DNA of 64,000 bases from Actinomycetes bacterium (GTDB lineage Bacteria > Actinomycetota > Actinomycetes > Nanopelagicales > Nanopelagicaceae). Made by a program: the position numbers and the translations under genes. The DNA is taken from positions 1,360 to 65,359 of the forward strand of contig JBAXOT010000008.1 in NCBI GenBank assembly GCA_037133095.1, written 5' to 3'. The notes under the pieces were generated by a model, which was not told where the DNA came from, searched no databases, and saw only the letters and a list, made by a program, of their open reading frames with translations. Below, in pieces: positions 1 to 11,175 of the stretch (the first letter of the stretch is position 1; the number at the start of each line of letters is the position of its first letter).

Positions 1-477
1 AAGCCTGGCAAGGGTCCAGCCTTCGTTCGAACAAAGTTGAAGTCCGTTCTTACTGGCAAAGTTATCGATCGAACTTTCAATGCCGGTGTCAAAGTAGATG
101 TAGCCATTCTTGAAAAGCGAGATATGACATTTCTATACAAAGATGGCGAAGATTTTGTATTTATGGATTCCAAAACTTACGACCAGATGAATATCTCTTC
201 CGAGACCGTCGGAGAGAGTGCAAATTTTATGCTGGAAAATTGCGAAGTCATCGTGGGCGTCCACGAGGGAAATCCGCTCTTTATTGAACTACCTGCCTCC
301 GTTGAATTAACTATCACTTACACCGAACCTGGATTGCAGGGCGATCGCTCTTCCGGCGGCACTAAGCCTGCAACATTAGAAACAGGAATAGACATTCAAG
401 TTCCGCTCTTTATCAAGCAGGATGAAAAGATTTTGGTTGATACGAGAAATGGTTCATACCTGGGTCGCGCCAACTAG
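1..477 (+). CDS. efp: elongation factor P (5' end outside window)
   Basis: Frame 1 is open from base 1 ([20 protein letters not shown]...) and runs into track ORF 37..477. Typical EF-P C-terminal OB domains. nusB follows directly, as in most bacteria. Confidence 0.93.
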   Translation, partial: KPGKGPAFVRTKLKSVLTGKVIDRTFNAGVKVDVAILEKRDMTFLYKDGEDFVFMDSKTYDQMNISSETVGESANFMLENCEVIVGVHEGNPLFIELPASVELTITYTEPGLQGDRSSGGTKPATLETGIDIQVPLFIKQDEKILVDTRNGSYLGRAN

Positions 478-884
478 TGGCAGCTCGACGAAAGGCACGA
501 AAGCGGGCGCTGGATTTCCTGTATGAGGCCGATATTCGTGGCGCAGATCCACGAGAGCTGATTGCCCTTCGACCACCATCCGAATTGTCCGAGGGTCAAT
601 ATGCCTTAGTGCTTGTCGATGGGGTCCAGGAGCATCGAGTGAAGATCGATGAATTGATTACCACATATGCTCAAGGCTGGGATATGGATCGGATGCCGGC
701 TATTGATCGTAATATCCTGCGAATTGCACTCTACGAAATTCTTTGGGAGCACAAGTTGGATGACCAAGTTGCGGCCTCTGAGGCAGTGGCTATTGCGCAG
801 GAAATTTCCACAGAGGAATCCGCAAATTACGTCAATGGCGTGCTCGGACGAATAATTGTTTTGAAGCCCTCGTTCGCGCTCTAA
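477..884 (+). CDS. nusB: transcription antitermination factor NusB
   Basis: 135 aa with a NusB-like N-terminus (ARRKARKRALDFLYEADIRG). The GTG start overlaps the efp stop by 1 nt. Confidence 0.92.
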   Translation: MAARRKARKRALDFLYEADIRGADPRELIALRPPSELSEGQYALVLVDGVQEHRVKIDELITTYAQGWDMDRMPAIDRNILRIALYEILWEHKLDDQVAASEAVAIAQEISTEESANYVNGVLGRIIVLKPSFAL

Positions 885-1360
885 GAAGAGGCCCGAAGAA
901 GAAGACCTGCGGCGTTGAGTTTTTCGCGTAATTCAATCTCTGAGCAATTGTTTATAAGGGCCAACGGTAAGAGATCTTCTTGACGCAGCGAGAGAACTTC
1001 ACCATTCCAATCTCGACGTTTGGCACAGATGATGTGGGCGAAATTACTGACTTGCTCAAAGAAATTACTTTGGCTGCGCATTCTGGCCAACGTTCGAAGA
1101 TCCAAAATCAAGCTGGTTCGGGAACTCTCTTTTCGTTCGCTGATTCCCAGGAGATGCTCGAGCGGAACTTCGTAGAACTCGGCGAGAGCTATGGCTTTGC
1201 GCAGTGACAGCGAGCGGTCGTTGCGTTCGTAAGAGCCGAGCACGACGGCTTTCCATTCCCCGCGCGAGGAGTTCTCAACATCTTTCAAAGTTAAACCTTT
1301 TTGGTGTCGGATGGCGCGTAACTGGAGTCCAATGTCAAAGGTCGTGAGCGCGAATTTCAT
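881..1360 (-). CDS. bldD: BldD-like XRE-family HTH regulator with a c-di-GMP-binding C-terminal signature
   Basis: Track ORF is 881..1426. M23 (ATG at 1360) aligns better with the Streptomyces BldD N-terminus. HTH region is LRAIRHQKGLTLKDVENSSRGEWKAVVLGSYERNDR. The RRD-X8-RQED motif lies at nt 974-1018. Position between nusB and pyrR matches the Streptomyces bldD locus (from memory). Confidence 0.75.
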   Translation of the reverse strand: MKFALTTFDIGLQLRAIRHQKGLTLKDVENSSRGEWKAVVLGSYERNDRSLSLRKAIALAEFYEVPLEHLLGISERKESSRTSLILDLRTLARMRSQSNFFEQVSNFAHIICAKRRDWNGEVLSLRQEDLLPLALINNCSEIELREKLNAAGLLLRASS

Positions 1361-1456
1361 GGGCGATAGGGTAGGTGAACCTTGCGACTTGCCGTAAAAG
1401 TTATCCACACGCTCCCTTTTGGTCACAGGTGATAAAGTTCGGTGTCCTTTAACGAT

Positions 1457-1480
1457 CCGTCCTGTGAGGCGGCGAAGGAG
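1457..1480 (+). promoter_or_regulatory. candidate PyrR-binding RNA loop next to the pyrR Shine-Dalgarno
   Basis: CCG-UCCUGUGAGG-CGG (1457-1472) resembles the PyrR binding-loop consensus ARUCCAGAGAGGYU. GAAGGAG (1474-1480) sits 6 nt before the ATG at 1487. Confidence 0.4.
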
Positions 1481-1486
1481 TCGATT

Positions 1487-2017
1487 ATGACTGTAATTTT
1501 AGATACCGGCGATATCGCCCGGGCCCTCAAACGCATTAGCCACGAAATTGTTGAGCATAATCATGGGCTGGCTTCGGTCACATTGATGGGTATTCCCACT
1601 CGAGGCGCCTTTCTTGCCCAGCGAATCGGCACAATTTTGGCTGAGATCGAGGCGAGCGTTCCGATAGGTACGTTAGATATCACGTTACATCGAGACGATC
1701 TTCGGATGCGACCACCCAAGCCCTTGCTTCCAACAATTCTGCCCACCGGCGGCTTGGAAGGGCGCGATGTCATCTTGGTCGATGATGTGCTCTTCTCGGG
1801 TCGAACAATAAGAGCGGCGTTGGATGCGTTAGGGGAGCTGGGTCGTCCACGTTCGGTCCAACTTGCGGTTCTCGTTGACCGCGGTCACCGACAATTGCCT
1901 ATCAGGGCAGATTACGTGGGAAAAAATATTCCGACATCCTCGCTAGAGAGCGTCAAGGTTTCGTTGACTGAGATTGATGCCGACGATTGTGTCGAGATCA
2001 AAGGCGGGCGAGAATGA
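1487..2017 (+). CDS. pyrR: bifunctional pyr operon regulator / uracil phosphoribosyltransferase PyrR
   Basis: Track ORF is 1442..2017. The ATG at 1487 is preferred because it has a GAAGGAG RBS. PRPP motif [13 protein letters not shown]. First gene of the pyr operon. Confidence 0.92.
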   Translation: MTVILDTGDIARALKRISHEIVEHNHGLASVTLMGIPTRGAFLAQRIGTILAEIEASVPIGTLDITLHRDDLRMRPPKPLLPTILPTGGLEGRDVILVDDVLFSGRTIRAALDALGELGRPRSVQLAVLVDRGHRQLPIRADYVGKNIPTSSLESVKVSLTEIDADDCVEIKGGRE

Positions 2018-2979
2018 ACCGACATTTACTCTCGATACACGACATTTCCGCGCCGCAGGCTCTTGCGCTCTTGGATACGGCATCCGAACTACGCAAAATT
2101 TCTGACGGCCCTATGAAGAAGTTGCCTACTTTGCGTGGCTTGACAGTGGTTAATCTTTTTTATGAAGATTCCACTCGAACCAGAATCTCATTCGAGTCTG
2201 CTGCAAAACGGCTTTCTGCTGATGTCATTAACTTTTCCGCCAAAGGATCCAGCGTCAGCAAAGGAGAGAGCCTGAAAGATACGGCTCAGACTTTGCAAGC
2301 CATGGGTGCCGACGCTGTTGTCATCAGACACAGCGCCTCCGGTGCGGCGCAACGATTAGCTGATTCTGGTTGGATCGCAGCGTCGGTCATCAATGCCGGT
2401 GATGGTACTCACGAACATCCGACGCAGGCTTTGCTCGATGCATTTACGATTCGCGAACACTTCCCAACGCACCAGCGATCTTTTGCTGGCCTCAAGGTGG
2501 CCATTGTTGGCGATATTTTGCACTCCAGAGTTGCGCGCAGCAATGTGCTTTTACTAGCGAAACTCGGCGCCGAAGTGATTGTCGTTGGGCCGCCAACTCT
2601 GCTTCCCGTAGGCATTGAATCTTGGCCGGTTACCTATTCTTTCAATCTCGATGAAGTACTTGGCGAAGTCGATGTTGTGATGATGCTGCGTGTTCAACAG
2701 GAACGGATGGCTGATTCATTCTTCCCGACTGCCCGGGAATATTCGCGCAGTTATGGGTTGACCGCTTCTCGCTTGGCCAGAATTAAACCGGGCGGAATTG
2801 TTATGCACCCTGGCCCGATGAATCGAGGGTTGGAGATTTCCGCCGAAAGCGCTGATGCTGTCAATTCCGTTGTTCTTGAACAAGTGGCCAATGGGGTTTT
2901 GATTCGCATGTCCGTTCTCTATTCCTTACTAGGTGGCGTCCCGTTGGTGACAGAAATGGTTGAGGCAGATGCTCATTAA
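2014..2979 (+). CDS. pyrB: aspartate carbamoyltransferase catalytic subunit
   Basis: Track ORF is 1987..2979. The ATG at 2014 forms an ATGA overlap with the pyrR stop. Motifs STRTR and HPTQ. Confidence 0.95.
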   Translation: MNRHLLSIHDISAPQALALLDTASELRKISDGPMKKLPTLRGLTVVNLFYEDSTRTRISFESAAKRLSADVINFSAKGSSVSKGESLKDTAQTLQAMGADAVVIRHSASGAAQRLADSGWIAASVINAGDGTHEHPTQALLDAFTIREHFPTHQRSFAGLKVAIVGDILHSRVARSNVLLLAKLGAEVIVVGPPTLLPVGIESWPVTYSFNLDEVLGEVDVVMMLRVQQERMADSFFPTAREYSRSYGLTASRLARIKPGGIVMHPGPMNRGLEISAESADAVNSVVLEQVANGVLIRMSVLYSLLGGVPLVTEMVEADAH

Positions 2980-4261
2980 GAACGCGCTCTTATCGAACGA
3001 CACGTTAGTAGATATTCGGATCGAAGGTGACTTGGTTGTCGAGGTCTCGCCTTCCATCACGAGTGAGGATAAGGAAATTATTAATGCTGATGGCGCGAGA
3101 GTTCTACCAGGGTTGGTCGATCTCCATACGCATTTGCGTGAACCAGGTCGAGAGGATGCGGAGACGGTGCTTACTGGCGCCCGATCTGCGGTAAAGGGCG
3201 GATACACCGCCTTATCGCCGATGGCCAATACCAATCCGGTCGCCGATACGGCTGGCGTTGTGGAACAAGTTTTTCGGCTGGGCCAAGATGCTGGACTTTG
3301 CGATGTGTACCCTATTGGTGCAGTGACGGCCGGGTTACTTGGTGAGAAGTTAGCCGAACTGAGTGCCATGGCGAACTCGCACGCACAGGTTCGAATATTT
3401 AGTGACGATGGCAAGTGCGTATCTGATCCGCTCATCATGCGACGCGCCTTGGAATATGTGAAATCTTTTGGGGGAATCATCGCCCAACATGCACAAGAGC
3501 CAAGATTGACCGTAGGGGCACAAATGAACGAAGGCGCCATCTCGTCACAATTGGGACTCACAGGTTGGCCTGCCCTTGCTGAAGAGGCGATTATCGCTCG
3601 CGATATTTTGTTGGCAGAACATGTCAAAAGCAGATTACATATTTGCCATGTAACAACCGCGGGTGGGGTAGATCTGATTCGATGGGCGAAGGCCAGGGGA
3701 ATTGCCGTTACGGCAGAGGTGACGCCTCATCATCTATTGCTTACCGATGATTTGATTACGGGATATGACCCCGTTTATAAAGTTAATCCGCCATTGCGAA
3801 CTGAGTCAGATGTTCAAGCCCTTCGCGCCGGTCTCGCTGATGGAACCATAGATATTGTGGCAACCGATCATGCGCCGCATCCAACCGAGGATAAAGAGAG
3901 CGAATGGCAGAGCGCTGCGTTTGGCATGATTGGTCTAGAGACTGCCCTTTCGATTGTTATTAAAACCATGATTGAAAGCGGGTTGATGAACTGGGCTGGT
4001 TTGGTAGAGCGAATGAGTACCGCGCCAGCAAGAATAGGTGGTTATGTCGGACAAGGTCAGCCAATTGAAGTAGGAAGTGTGGCGAATCTCTTGGTCGTAG
4101 ATGCGAACGAGAGTTGGGAAGTGAACCGAGAATTGGTAAGTTCTAAGAGTAAGAACACGCCATTTCACGGAATGGTTTTGCCGGGAGTTATTTCCTACAC
4201 AATATTTCGTGGCAAAGTGGTTTTGCGGGCTGGGCAACATATTGAGGGGACAAATGTCTAA
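2960..4261 (+). CDS. pyrC: dihydroorotase
   Basis: 433 aa with the [10 protein letters not shown] metal-binding motif and ATDHAPH. Lies in the pyr operon. Confidence 0.94.
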   Translation: MRQMLIKNALLSNDTLVDIRIEGDLVVEVSPSITSEDKEIINADGARVLPGLVDLHTHLREPGREDAETVLTGARSAVKGGYTALSPMANTNPVADTAGVVEQVFRLGQDAGLCDVYPIGAVTAGLLGEKLAELSAMANSHAQVRIFSDDGKCVSDPLIMRRALEYVKSFGGIIAQHAQEPRLTVGAQMNEGAISSQLGLTGWPALAEEAIIARDILLAEHVKSRLHICHVTTAGGVDLIRWAKARGIAVTAEVTPHHLLLTDDLITGYDPVYKVNPPLRTESDVQALRAGLADGTIDIVATDHAPHPTEDKESEWQSAAFGMIGLETALSIVIKTMIESGLMNWAGLVERMSTAPARIGGYVGQGQPIEVGSVANLLVVDANESWEVNRELVSSKSKNTPFHGMVLPGVISYTIFRGKVVLRAGQHIEGTNV

Positions 4262-5393
4262 GGCATTTTTGGTTTTAGATGATGGCACAATCTTTGAAGG
4301 TGAAGGTTGGGCTGCCGCTGGCGAGACTTTCGGTGAGGCGGTATTTGCCACCGGTATGACTGGCTATCAAGAGACTTTGACAGATCCCTCGTACTACAAA
4401 CAGGTCGTCATCATGACTTCGCCTCATATTGGTAACACTGGCATGAATGCGAATGATGAAGAGTCAGCGCACATTTGGGTCTCCGGATTCGTGGTCAGAA
4501 ATCCATCACCACAACCAAGCAACTGGCGATCAGAGAAGTCCCTGGAGAGCAGTTTGGCTGAGGCCGGAGTAGTTGGCATCAAAAGCGTAGACACCCGAGC
4601 AATCACTCGACATCTGCGCAATCGGGGCGCGATGCGGGTGGGAATTTTCAGCGGTGCTCCTCTTACTCGCGAAGAGATGGTCACCAGAGTTCGCAAATCT
4701 CCGCAAATGCAGGGCGCCTTTTTAGCTCAAGATGTCTCGACTCCGAAACCTTACATAATTGCGCCGCCTGAGGGCGTTGGCAAGAGATTTACCGTTGCTG
4801 CAATTGATCTAGGTATTAAGGCTGCCACACCTCGATACCTTGCCGAGCGCGGCATCGAGGTGCACGTGCTGCCCTTATCAACAACCATCGGCGAGATCGA
4901 AGCGCTGGATCCAGATGGGCTCTTTCTTTCCAATGGCCCAGGCGATCCAGCCACTATGACGAACATGGTTTCGTTGGTCAGACATTTCATAGATAAGGGA
5001 GTTCCGATATTTGGAATTTGCTTTGGCCATCAGATTATTGGCCGAGCGCTGGGCTTTGAAACCTACAAACTGCTCTTTGGCCACCGGGGGATCAATCAGC
5101 CGGTAAAGAATTTGAAGACCGGAAGGGTGGAAATCACTGCCCACAATCATGGATTCGCTGTCAAGGCACCTATCGATGGAAATTTCGCGACCGGGTATGG
5201 CGCAGGGTGCGTGAGCCATATCTGCCTCAATGATGGAGTTGTAGAAGGAATTGAAATGATCGAACGACCAGTATTTAGCGTGCAATACCACCCAGAGTCC
5301 GCAGCCGGACCGCATGATGCCCAATATCTCTTCGACCACTTTATCGATTTGATGTCTAGGTACTCCGTTCGATCGGTAGCCACGCATGCCTAG
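4254..5393 (+). CDS. carA: carbamoyl-phosphate synthase small (glutaminase) subunit
   Basis: Track ORF is 4209..5393. The ATG at 4254 ([12 protein letters not shown]...) overlaps the pyrC stop by 8 nt. Catalytic GICFGHQ motif. Confidence 0.95.
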   Translation: MSKAFLVLDDGTIFEGEGWAAAGETFGEAVFATGMTGYQETLTDPSYYKQVVIMTSPHIGNTGMNANDEESAHIWVSGFVVRNPSPQPSNWRSEKSLESSLAEAGVVGIKSVDTRAITRHLRNRGAMRVGIFSGAPLTREEMVTRVRKSPQMQGAFLAQDVSTPKPYIIAPPEGVGKRFTVAAIDLGIKAATPRYLAERGIEVHVLPLSTTIGEIEALDPDGLFLSNGPGDPATMTNMVSLVRHFIDKGVPIFGICFGHQIIGRALGFETYKLLFGHRGINQPVKNLKTGRVEITAHNHGFAVKAPIDGNFATGYGAGCVSHICLNDGVVEGIEMIERPVFSVQYHPESAAGPHDAQYLFDHFIDLMSRYSVRSVATHA

Positions 5394-8300
5394 AGATACG
5401 AGCATTGAGAGCGTTCTCGTCATCGGTAGTGGTCCCATTGTGATCGGTCAAGCCTGCGAATTCGACTATTCGGGAACTCAAGCCTGTCGGGTTTTACAAG
5501 CTGAAGGTATTCGAGTAATTCTTATTAATTCGAATCCAGCCACAATCATGACGGATCCGGAATTTGCAGATGCAACATACATCGAGCCAATCACCACTGA
5601 AATTATTGAAAAGATTCTGGCAAAGGAAAGGCCTTCTGCAATTTTGGCCACATTGGGCGGTCAGACCGCGCTAAATGCTGCAATCGGCCTCTATGAGAAT
5701 GGACTTCTGGAGAAGTACAACACGAGACTTATCGGCGCCGACATCCCAGCGATCAAGCGGGGCGAAGACAGAGAAATATTTAAATCTATTGTCCATAAAA
5801 TCGGTGGTGAATCTGCTCGTTCGAAGATTTGTCACACTATGGATCAATGTTTTGCCGCAGCGTCCGAGTTGCATTATCCGGTTGTAGTTCGCCCATCTTT
5901 CACCATGGGTGGTTTGGGTTCAGGAATTGCATACACCCCAATGGAACTAGAACTAATTGCCGGCGCTGGACTTCGTCACAGCCCTGTCACGGAAGTTCTG
6001 TTAGAGGAATCAATAATTGGCTGGAAAGAGTACGAATTAGAAGTTATGCGAGATCATCAAGATAACGTGGTGATTGTCTGCAGTATTGAGAACATTGATC
6101 CGATGGGCGTACATACGGGGGATTCAATCACCGTGGCACCTGCTCTGACTCTGACGGATGTGGAGTATCAGAAACTGCGAGATCTTTCGATCGACATTAT
6201 TCGCGAAGTCGGGGTTGATACCGGTGGGTGCAACATTCAGTTTGCGGTAAATCCGCAAGATGGACGAATAATTGTTATTGAGATGAATCCACGAGTTTCC
6301 AGGTCGTCAGCACTTGCCTCCAAAGCGACCGGGTTTCCCATAGCCAAAATAGCCACGAAATTGGCAATCGGGTATACCTTGGACGAAATTCAGAACGACA
6401 TTACCAAATCCACCCCAGCCTCATTTGAGCCGACACTTGATTACATTGTCGTCAAAGTGCCACGTTTTGCCTTTGAAAAATTTCCTGAAGCCGATCACCG
6501 TTTAACGACCACCATGAAGAGTGTTGGCGAGGCAATGGCCATCGGACGCAGCTTCACCGAAGCCCTGCAAAAGGCCCTTCGCTCGGTTGAAAAAAAGGGT
6601 ATGAGTTTTCGATGGGACATTGATTCTGTGCGTCATGATCAACTGTTGGCCGAAATCGGGATCCCAACGGAATTTCGGTTGCAACAAGTTCAGCAGGTGA
6701 TGGCACTGGGCACATCCATTGCCGAAGTTTACTCGCGAACCAAAATTGACCCATGGTTTCTGGGACAGATTGCGCTCATCAATGAAGTAGCCCGGGAGTT
6801 GCAAGCAGCCTTTGAGCCTGATCTGGATCTAATCAGAAAAGCCAAGAGCCATGGCTTCAGTGATTATCAAATCGCAGAGTTAACTCGCACTTCTGAAGAA
6901 CTCGTTCGAAGCCATCGTTATCGTTTGGGAATTCGCCCGGTCTTTAAAACGGTGGATACTTGCGCCGCCGAATTCGAGGCCCACACCCCTTATCACTACA
7001 GCACCTACGATATGGAAACCGAGGTCGAACCGCGAACAAAGCCGGCAGTCATCATTCTTGGCAGTGGCCCAAATCGAATTGGCCAAGGTGTTGAGTTTGA
7101 TTACTCATGTGTTCATGCGGCCTATGCGCTGAAAGCGGCAGATTTCGAGACGGTCATGATCAATTGCAATCCCGAAACTGTTTCAACCGACTATGACACT
7201 TCGGACCGGCTTTACTTCGAACCTTTGACTCTTGAAGATGTTCTTGAAGTCATCCATGCTGAAACTCTGGCTGGCCCAGTTCTGGGAGTCATCGCCCAAC
7301 TTGGTGGTCAAACCCCACTTGGCTTGGCGCGAGGGCTCAAGGATGCAGGAGTCACTGTTTTGGGCACCAGCCCGGATGCCATCGATCTGGCCGAAGAGAG
7401 AGGCGCATTCGGTCAAATATTGGCTGATAACCAGCTTCTTGCACCAAAATTTGGAATGGCATCTTCCTATTCTCAAGCGTTAGAAATTGCGCATGCGCTT
7501 CATTATCCGGTTCTCGTTCGCCCTTCTTTTGTTCTGGGTGGAAGAGGTATGGAAATTGTTTACGATGATGAATCCCTAGAAGGCTTTATTGCCAAAGCAA
7601 CAGAAATCACACCGAACCACCCAGTTTTGATTGATCGATTCCTTGATGACGCGCTCGAAATCGATGTGGATGCGCTCTTTGATGGCAAAGATCTTTACTT
7701 GGCTGGCGTGATGGAGCACATTGAAGAGGCTGGTATCCATTCGGGAGACTCTGCGTGCGTTCTGCCCAGCATGTCGATCGGTCATGCTCGATTGTTGGAG
7801 ATTCGTGCCGCCACTGAGAAGATTGCACGAAGCGTTGGGGTTCTAGGATTAATTAATATTCAATTTGCCATAGCACGTGACGTTGATGGAGTTGAAAAAC
7901 TTTTTGTTCTTGAGGCGAATCCCCGAGCATCGCGCACAGTTCCCTTCGTATCTAAAGCCACCGGAAATCCACTGGCAAAGTGTGCGGCTCTCATTTCGGT
8001 TGGTTATGCGATTGCCGATCTTCGGATTGATGGCTTCTTACCCGAAACGGGTGATGGAGTTCCACATGGTGTTTCAGTGAAAGAGGCGGTCTTACCTTGG
8101 AATCGTTTCCGTCGGACTGACGGGATGGGAGTGGACTCGGTACTCGGACCAGAGATGCGATCCACCGGTGAGGTAATGGGAATTTCTCATAGTTTCGGCG
8201 AGGCTTACGCAAAAAGCCAAAGCGCCGCATTTGGCGCCCTACCAAAGAGCGGAACAGTTTTTCTTTCGCTCTCCAACCGCGATAAGAACGCTGCACTGGC

Positions 8301-8664
8301 ACCTGCGCGAGAACTTATAACAATGGGCTTTACATTATTCACTACGGCAGGGACTTATGATTTTCTTGCAGCTCATGGCTTGGAGTCGTCGCTCGTTCGC
8401 AAGGCATCGGAATCAGAGAACTCCTCCGATATGCCATCGGCATTGGACATTATTAATCTTGGTCAAGTAAATCTAGTTATCAATACTCCGCTTGGCCGAG
8501 GGACAAGGCATGATGGTTGGTTGATCCGAACCGCTGCGGTCCAACGATCAATTCCTTGCATCACCACTATTGCGGGCTTTAAAGCGGCAGTTGCTGGTAT
8601 TGGTGAGTTGCAGCGAAAAGAGTTCTCCATTGAGTCACTTCAAGAGTGGCTAGCCGATGATTAA
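5386..8664 (+). CDS. carB: carbamoyl-phosphate synthase large subunit
   Basis: 1092 aa with duplicated ATP-grasp halves and a C-terminal MGS-like domain. Overlaps the carA stop. Confidence 0.97.
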   Translation: MPRDTSIESVLVIGSGPIVIGQACEFDYSGTQACRVLQAEGIRVILINSNPATIMTDPEFADATYIEPITTEIIEKILAKERPSAILATLGGQTALNAAIGLYENGLLEKYNTRLIGADIPAIKRGEDREIFKSIVHKIGGESARSKICHTMDQCFAAASELHYPVVVRPSFTMGGLGSGIAYTPMELELIAGAGLRHSPVTEVLLEESIIGWKEYELEVMRDHQDNVVIVCSIENIDPMGVHTGDSITVAPALTLTDVEYQKLRDLSIDIIREVGVDTGGCNIQFAVNPQDGRIIVIEMNPRVSRSSALASKATGFPIAKIATKLAIGYTLDEIQNDITKSTPASFEPTLDYIVVKVPRFAFEKFPEADHRLTTTMKSVGEAMAIGRSFTEALQKALRSVEKKGMSFRWDIDSVRHDQLLAEIGIPTEFRLQQVQQVMALGTSIAEVYSRTKIDPWFLGQIALINEVARELQAAFEPDLDLIRKAKSHGFSDYQIAELTRTSEELVRSHRYRLGIRPVFKTVDTCAAEFEAHTPYHYSTYDMETEVEPRTKPAVIILGSGPNRIGQGVEFDYSCVHAAYALKAADFETVMINCNPETVSTDYDTSDRLYFEPLTLEDVLEVIHAETLAGPVLGVIAQLGGQTPLGLARGLKDAGVTVLGTSPDAIDLAEERGAFGQILADNQLLAPKFGMASSYSQALEIAHALHYPVLVRPSFVLGGRGMEIVYDDESLEGFIAKATEITPNHPVLIDRFLDDALEIDVDALFDGKDLYLAGVMEHIEEAGIHSGDSACVLPSMSIGHARLLEIRAATEKIARSVGVLGLINIQFAIARDVDGVEKLFVLEANPRASRTVPFVSKATGNPLAKCAALISVGYAIADLRIDGFLPETGDGVPHGVSVKEAVLPWNRFRRTDGMGVDSVLGPEMRSTGEVMGISHSFGEAYAKSQSAAFGALPKSGTVFLSLSNRDKNAALAPARELITMGFTLFTTAGTYDFLAAHGLESSLVRKASESENSSDMPSALDIINLGQVNLVINTPLGRGTRHDGWLIRTAAVQRSIPCITTIAGFKAAVAGIGELQRKEFSIESLQEWLADD

Positions 8665-9508
8665 TAAATACGCGGAGTCGACTAAGGCTGAAATTATTAG
8701 CAACAAAAAGGTCGGTGCCTATCACCATCTGGTTTTTGAAGTTGGCGGGTTGGCATCCCACGTTCGTCCGGGCAATTTCGTCGCAATCTCTGTCGGTGGC
8801 CCAACCTCAGCAATGGTCTTACGCCGGGCGTTCGCAATTCACAGATCTATGGATCGTGGTGCGAGCGGTGGCGTTATTGAACTGGTGGTGGCGCCGCACG
8901 GCAATGGAAGTAAATGGCTCACTTCCTTACCTGTTGGATCGTACGTAAGTCTTACGGGTCCGCTCGGAACCTCGTTTGGAATCCCCACCGATAATGTGCG
9001 CGCGCTGTTGGTTGGCGGCGGTTACGGTTCAGCGCCGCTCTTTGGTCTGGCTGAAGTTCTCAAGGCTCGCGGCAATCGCGTAGATATGGTGCTGGGCGCC
9101 AGCACTGGTGGGAAAATTTACGCGCCTCTTGAGGGCAAGCGATCCGTTAATTCGATGACGATTACGACGGATGATGGTAGTGCTGGGGTGCACGGGCGAG
9201 TTAGTGACGTTCTGCCGGAACTCATCGAGCGAAATAATTGCGACATTATTTATTCCTGTGGTCCTATGGCGATGCTCGAAGCAATTTCGCAGATTGCCGT
9301 TCGCTACAACATCATTCATCAATGTGCCGTGGAAGAGTCAATGGCGTGCGGAATTGGTGTTTGCATGACCTGTGTAATTCCACTCCGAGATGAAGACGGT
9401 CAAATTCGGATGCAACGTTCGTGCATTGCCGGGCCCGTCGTTGATGGTGAACGAGTTATCTGGAATTCCGGTGGCTCGATTCCAGAGGGAACCTTAGGTG
9501 CACCATGA
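8657..9508 (+). CDS. pyrK: dihydroorotate dehydrogenase electron-transfer subunit (PyrK-like, FAD/[2Fe-2S])
   Basis: 283 aa with a ferredoxin-reductase-like fold (RAFAIHR). C-terminal cysteine cluster CGIGVCMTC...C. Directly upstream of pyrD. Confidence 0.85.
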   Translation: MINKYAESTKAEIISNKKVGAYHHLVFEVGGLASHVRPGNFVAISVGGPTSAMVLRRAFAIHRSMDRGASGGVIELVVAPHGNGSKWLTSLPVGSYVSLTGPLGTSFGIPTDNVRALLVGGGYGSAPLFGLAEVLKARGNRVDMVLGASTGGKIYAPLEGKRSVNSMTITTDDGSAGVHGRVSDVLPELIERNNCDIIYSCGPMAMLEAISQIAVRYNIIHQCAVEESMACGIGVCMTCVIPLRDEDGQIRMQRSCIAGPVVDGERVIWNSGGSIPEGTLGAP

Positions 9509-10437
9509 CCTTTGATTTCAGCACGCAATTTGGTCGCACCACTTTTCCCAACCCAGTATTCACGGCCAGCGGATGTGCAGGTTCAGGAAAAGAGTTAGCG
9601 CAATTCTTTGACATACGCGAGCTGGGCGCCGTGGTAACAAAATCGATCATGCGCAAACCTCGTTCTGGACGGGCTACGCCACGTATGGCCGAAACTCCTA
9701 GTGGAATGTTGAATTCGATTGGATTGCAAGGTCCTGGGATTGAAGAATTTCTGGCGCACGATATTCCCTGGTTGAAGGCGCATGAGGCTCGAATCATTGT
9801 AAGCATCGCAGGGGAGACGATTGATGATTATGCATTTCTTGCTAAACGACTGAGTATTGTTTCTGGAATTTCAGCTCTGGAAGTGAATATTTCCTGTCCC
9901 AATGTCGAGAATCGCGGCCAGGTTTTTGCCTGCGATCCAGTGACGGCAAGTGCTGCCATCGAAGCGGTAAGAAGAAATGTTCCGGGAACAATGCCAATCA
10001 TCGCCAAGCTCTCACCTGATGTAACTGATATTGCCACCATTGCAGAATCATGTGTGTCTGCCGGGGCAGACGCACTCGCCTTGATCAATACCTTGCTCGG
10101 AATGGTGATAGATACCAACACGATGCTGCCCAAACTGGCGGGTAAAACAGGTGGTCTCTCGGGACCAGCAATTCGCCCAGTTGCGGTACGAGCGATTTAT
10201 CAAGTCCGTGCTCGGTTGCCCCATATTGGGATTCTCGGAATGGGTGGCATTAGTAGTGGGAACGATGCGTTAGAAATGATATTGGCTGGTGCAAATGGAA
10301 TTTCCGTAGGCACGGCCACCTTTGGAAATCCCACGGCTCCCATCGACATAAAAGGCGATCTTGAAAAACTGCTGATGGATCGTGGTTTCAGCTCCCTGCG
10401 TGAAGCCGTCGGCTTTGCCCACCGCACAACGTCATGA
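9505..10437 (+). CDS. pyrD: dihydroorotate dehydrogenase, class 1B catalytic subunit
   Basis: 310 aa, soluble class-1 type (NPVFTASGC..., NSIGLQGPG, SCPN). ATGA overlap with pyrK. Confidence 0.92.
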   Translation: MTFDFSTQFGRTTFPNPVFTASGCAGSGKELAQFFDIRELGAVVTKSIMRKPRSGRATPRMAETPSGMLNSIGLQGPGIEEFLAHDIPWLKAHEARIIVSIAGETIDDYAFLAKRLSIVSGISALEVNISCPNVENRGQVFACDPVTASAAIEAVRRNVPGTMPIIAKLSPDVTDIATIAESCVSAGADALALINTLLGMVIDTNTMLPKLAGKTGGLSGPAIRPVAVRAIYQVRARLPHIGILGMGGISSGNDALEMILAGANGISVGTATFGNPTAPIDIKGDLEKLLMDRGFSSLREAVGFAHRTTS

Positions 10438-10462
10438 AAAGCAAACAACAGAAGGAGTGCAT

Positions 10463-11173
10463 GTGAGTGCGTCACCATTAATTCTTGCGATTGATACATC
10501 AGATGTGCAGATTGCTCGAGAGTGGATCGATGCGACTAAAGAGTCTGTTGCTGTGTATAAATTGGGTTTGGAATTCTTTCTCAAAAATGGTCCGGCAGGG
10601 GTTAAGGCGCTGCAAGAGGCAGCAGATTTCGAACTTTTTCTCGATCTGAAATTGCATGACATTGCTCATACGGTCGCAGGCGCATCCAGGTCAATCGCCC
10701 ATCTTGCACCGAGATTTCTCACTGTTCATGCAAGTGGGGGCTCTGACATGGTGGCAGCGGCAGTTGCTGAATTGCCGACAACGTCAGTCACCGGGGTCAC
10801 AATTCTGACCTCGCTCTCTGCAACAGACCTAGGTGAAATTGGATTTCGGCAGCCACCACTAGAGAGTGCCATTAGTTTGGCCAAGTTGGCGACGATGGCC
10901 GGTGCCCGGTCAATAGTTTGTTCACCGCTGGAGGTCTCGGCAATTCGCGACGACGTTGCCGATTCGATCGAAATCATTACACCGGGGGTGCGACCTGAGG
11001 GCAGCGCCCTAGGAGATCAAGTGCGAGTTATGACGCCTAAAGCGGCCATGAATGCCGGGGCAAATTACTTTGTGATTGGACGGCCGATAACCTCATTATG
11101 GCAATCGGATTCACCTGATTTGGCCAGGGCCGCGATGGCCAAATCGGCCAAAGCAATTTTGGATTCGCTCTAG
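10463..11173 (+). CDS. pyrF: orotidine-5'-phosphate decarboxylase
   Basis: Track ORF is 10382..11173. The GTG at 10463 sits 5 nt after GAAGGAG and clears the pyrD stop. Motifs LILAIDT and DLKLHDI. Confidence 0.9.
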   Translation: MSASPLILAIDTSDVQIAREWIDATKESVAVYKLGLEFFLKNGPAGVKALQEAADFELFLDLKLHDIAHTVAGASRSIAHLAPRFLTVHASGGSDMVAAAVAELPTTSVTGVTILTSLSATDLGEIGFRQPPLESAISLAKLATMAGARSIVCSPLEVSAIRDDVADSIEIITPGVRPEGSALGDQVRVMTPKAAMNAGANYFVIGRPITSLWQSDSPDLARAAMAKSAKAILDSL

Positions 11174-11175
11174 CC

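Noticed and set aside
1401-1409. Perfect E. coli-type DnaA box TTATCCACA in the bldD-pyrR divergent region.
   Set aside because: It is a single copy, and about 0.5 occurrences of any given 9-mer are expected by chance in 64 kb on both strands. There is no cluster, no AT-rich unwinding element and no dnaA/dnaN nearby, and the window looks terminus-proximal.
2929-3627. Long antisense or overlapping track ORFs. Examples: 2929..3627(-) 232 aa, 4878..5438(-) 186 aa, 12529..12975(-), 27715..28221(+), 43504..43962(-), 50349..50825(+), 57416..57913(+).
   Set aside because: Each lies wholly inside a confidently identified conserved gene on the other strand or frame. They have low-complexity, Arg/Ser/Pro-rich composition and no recognisable motifs, which is typical of shadow ORFs.
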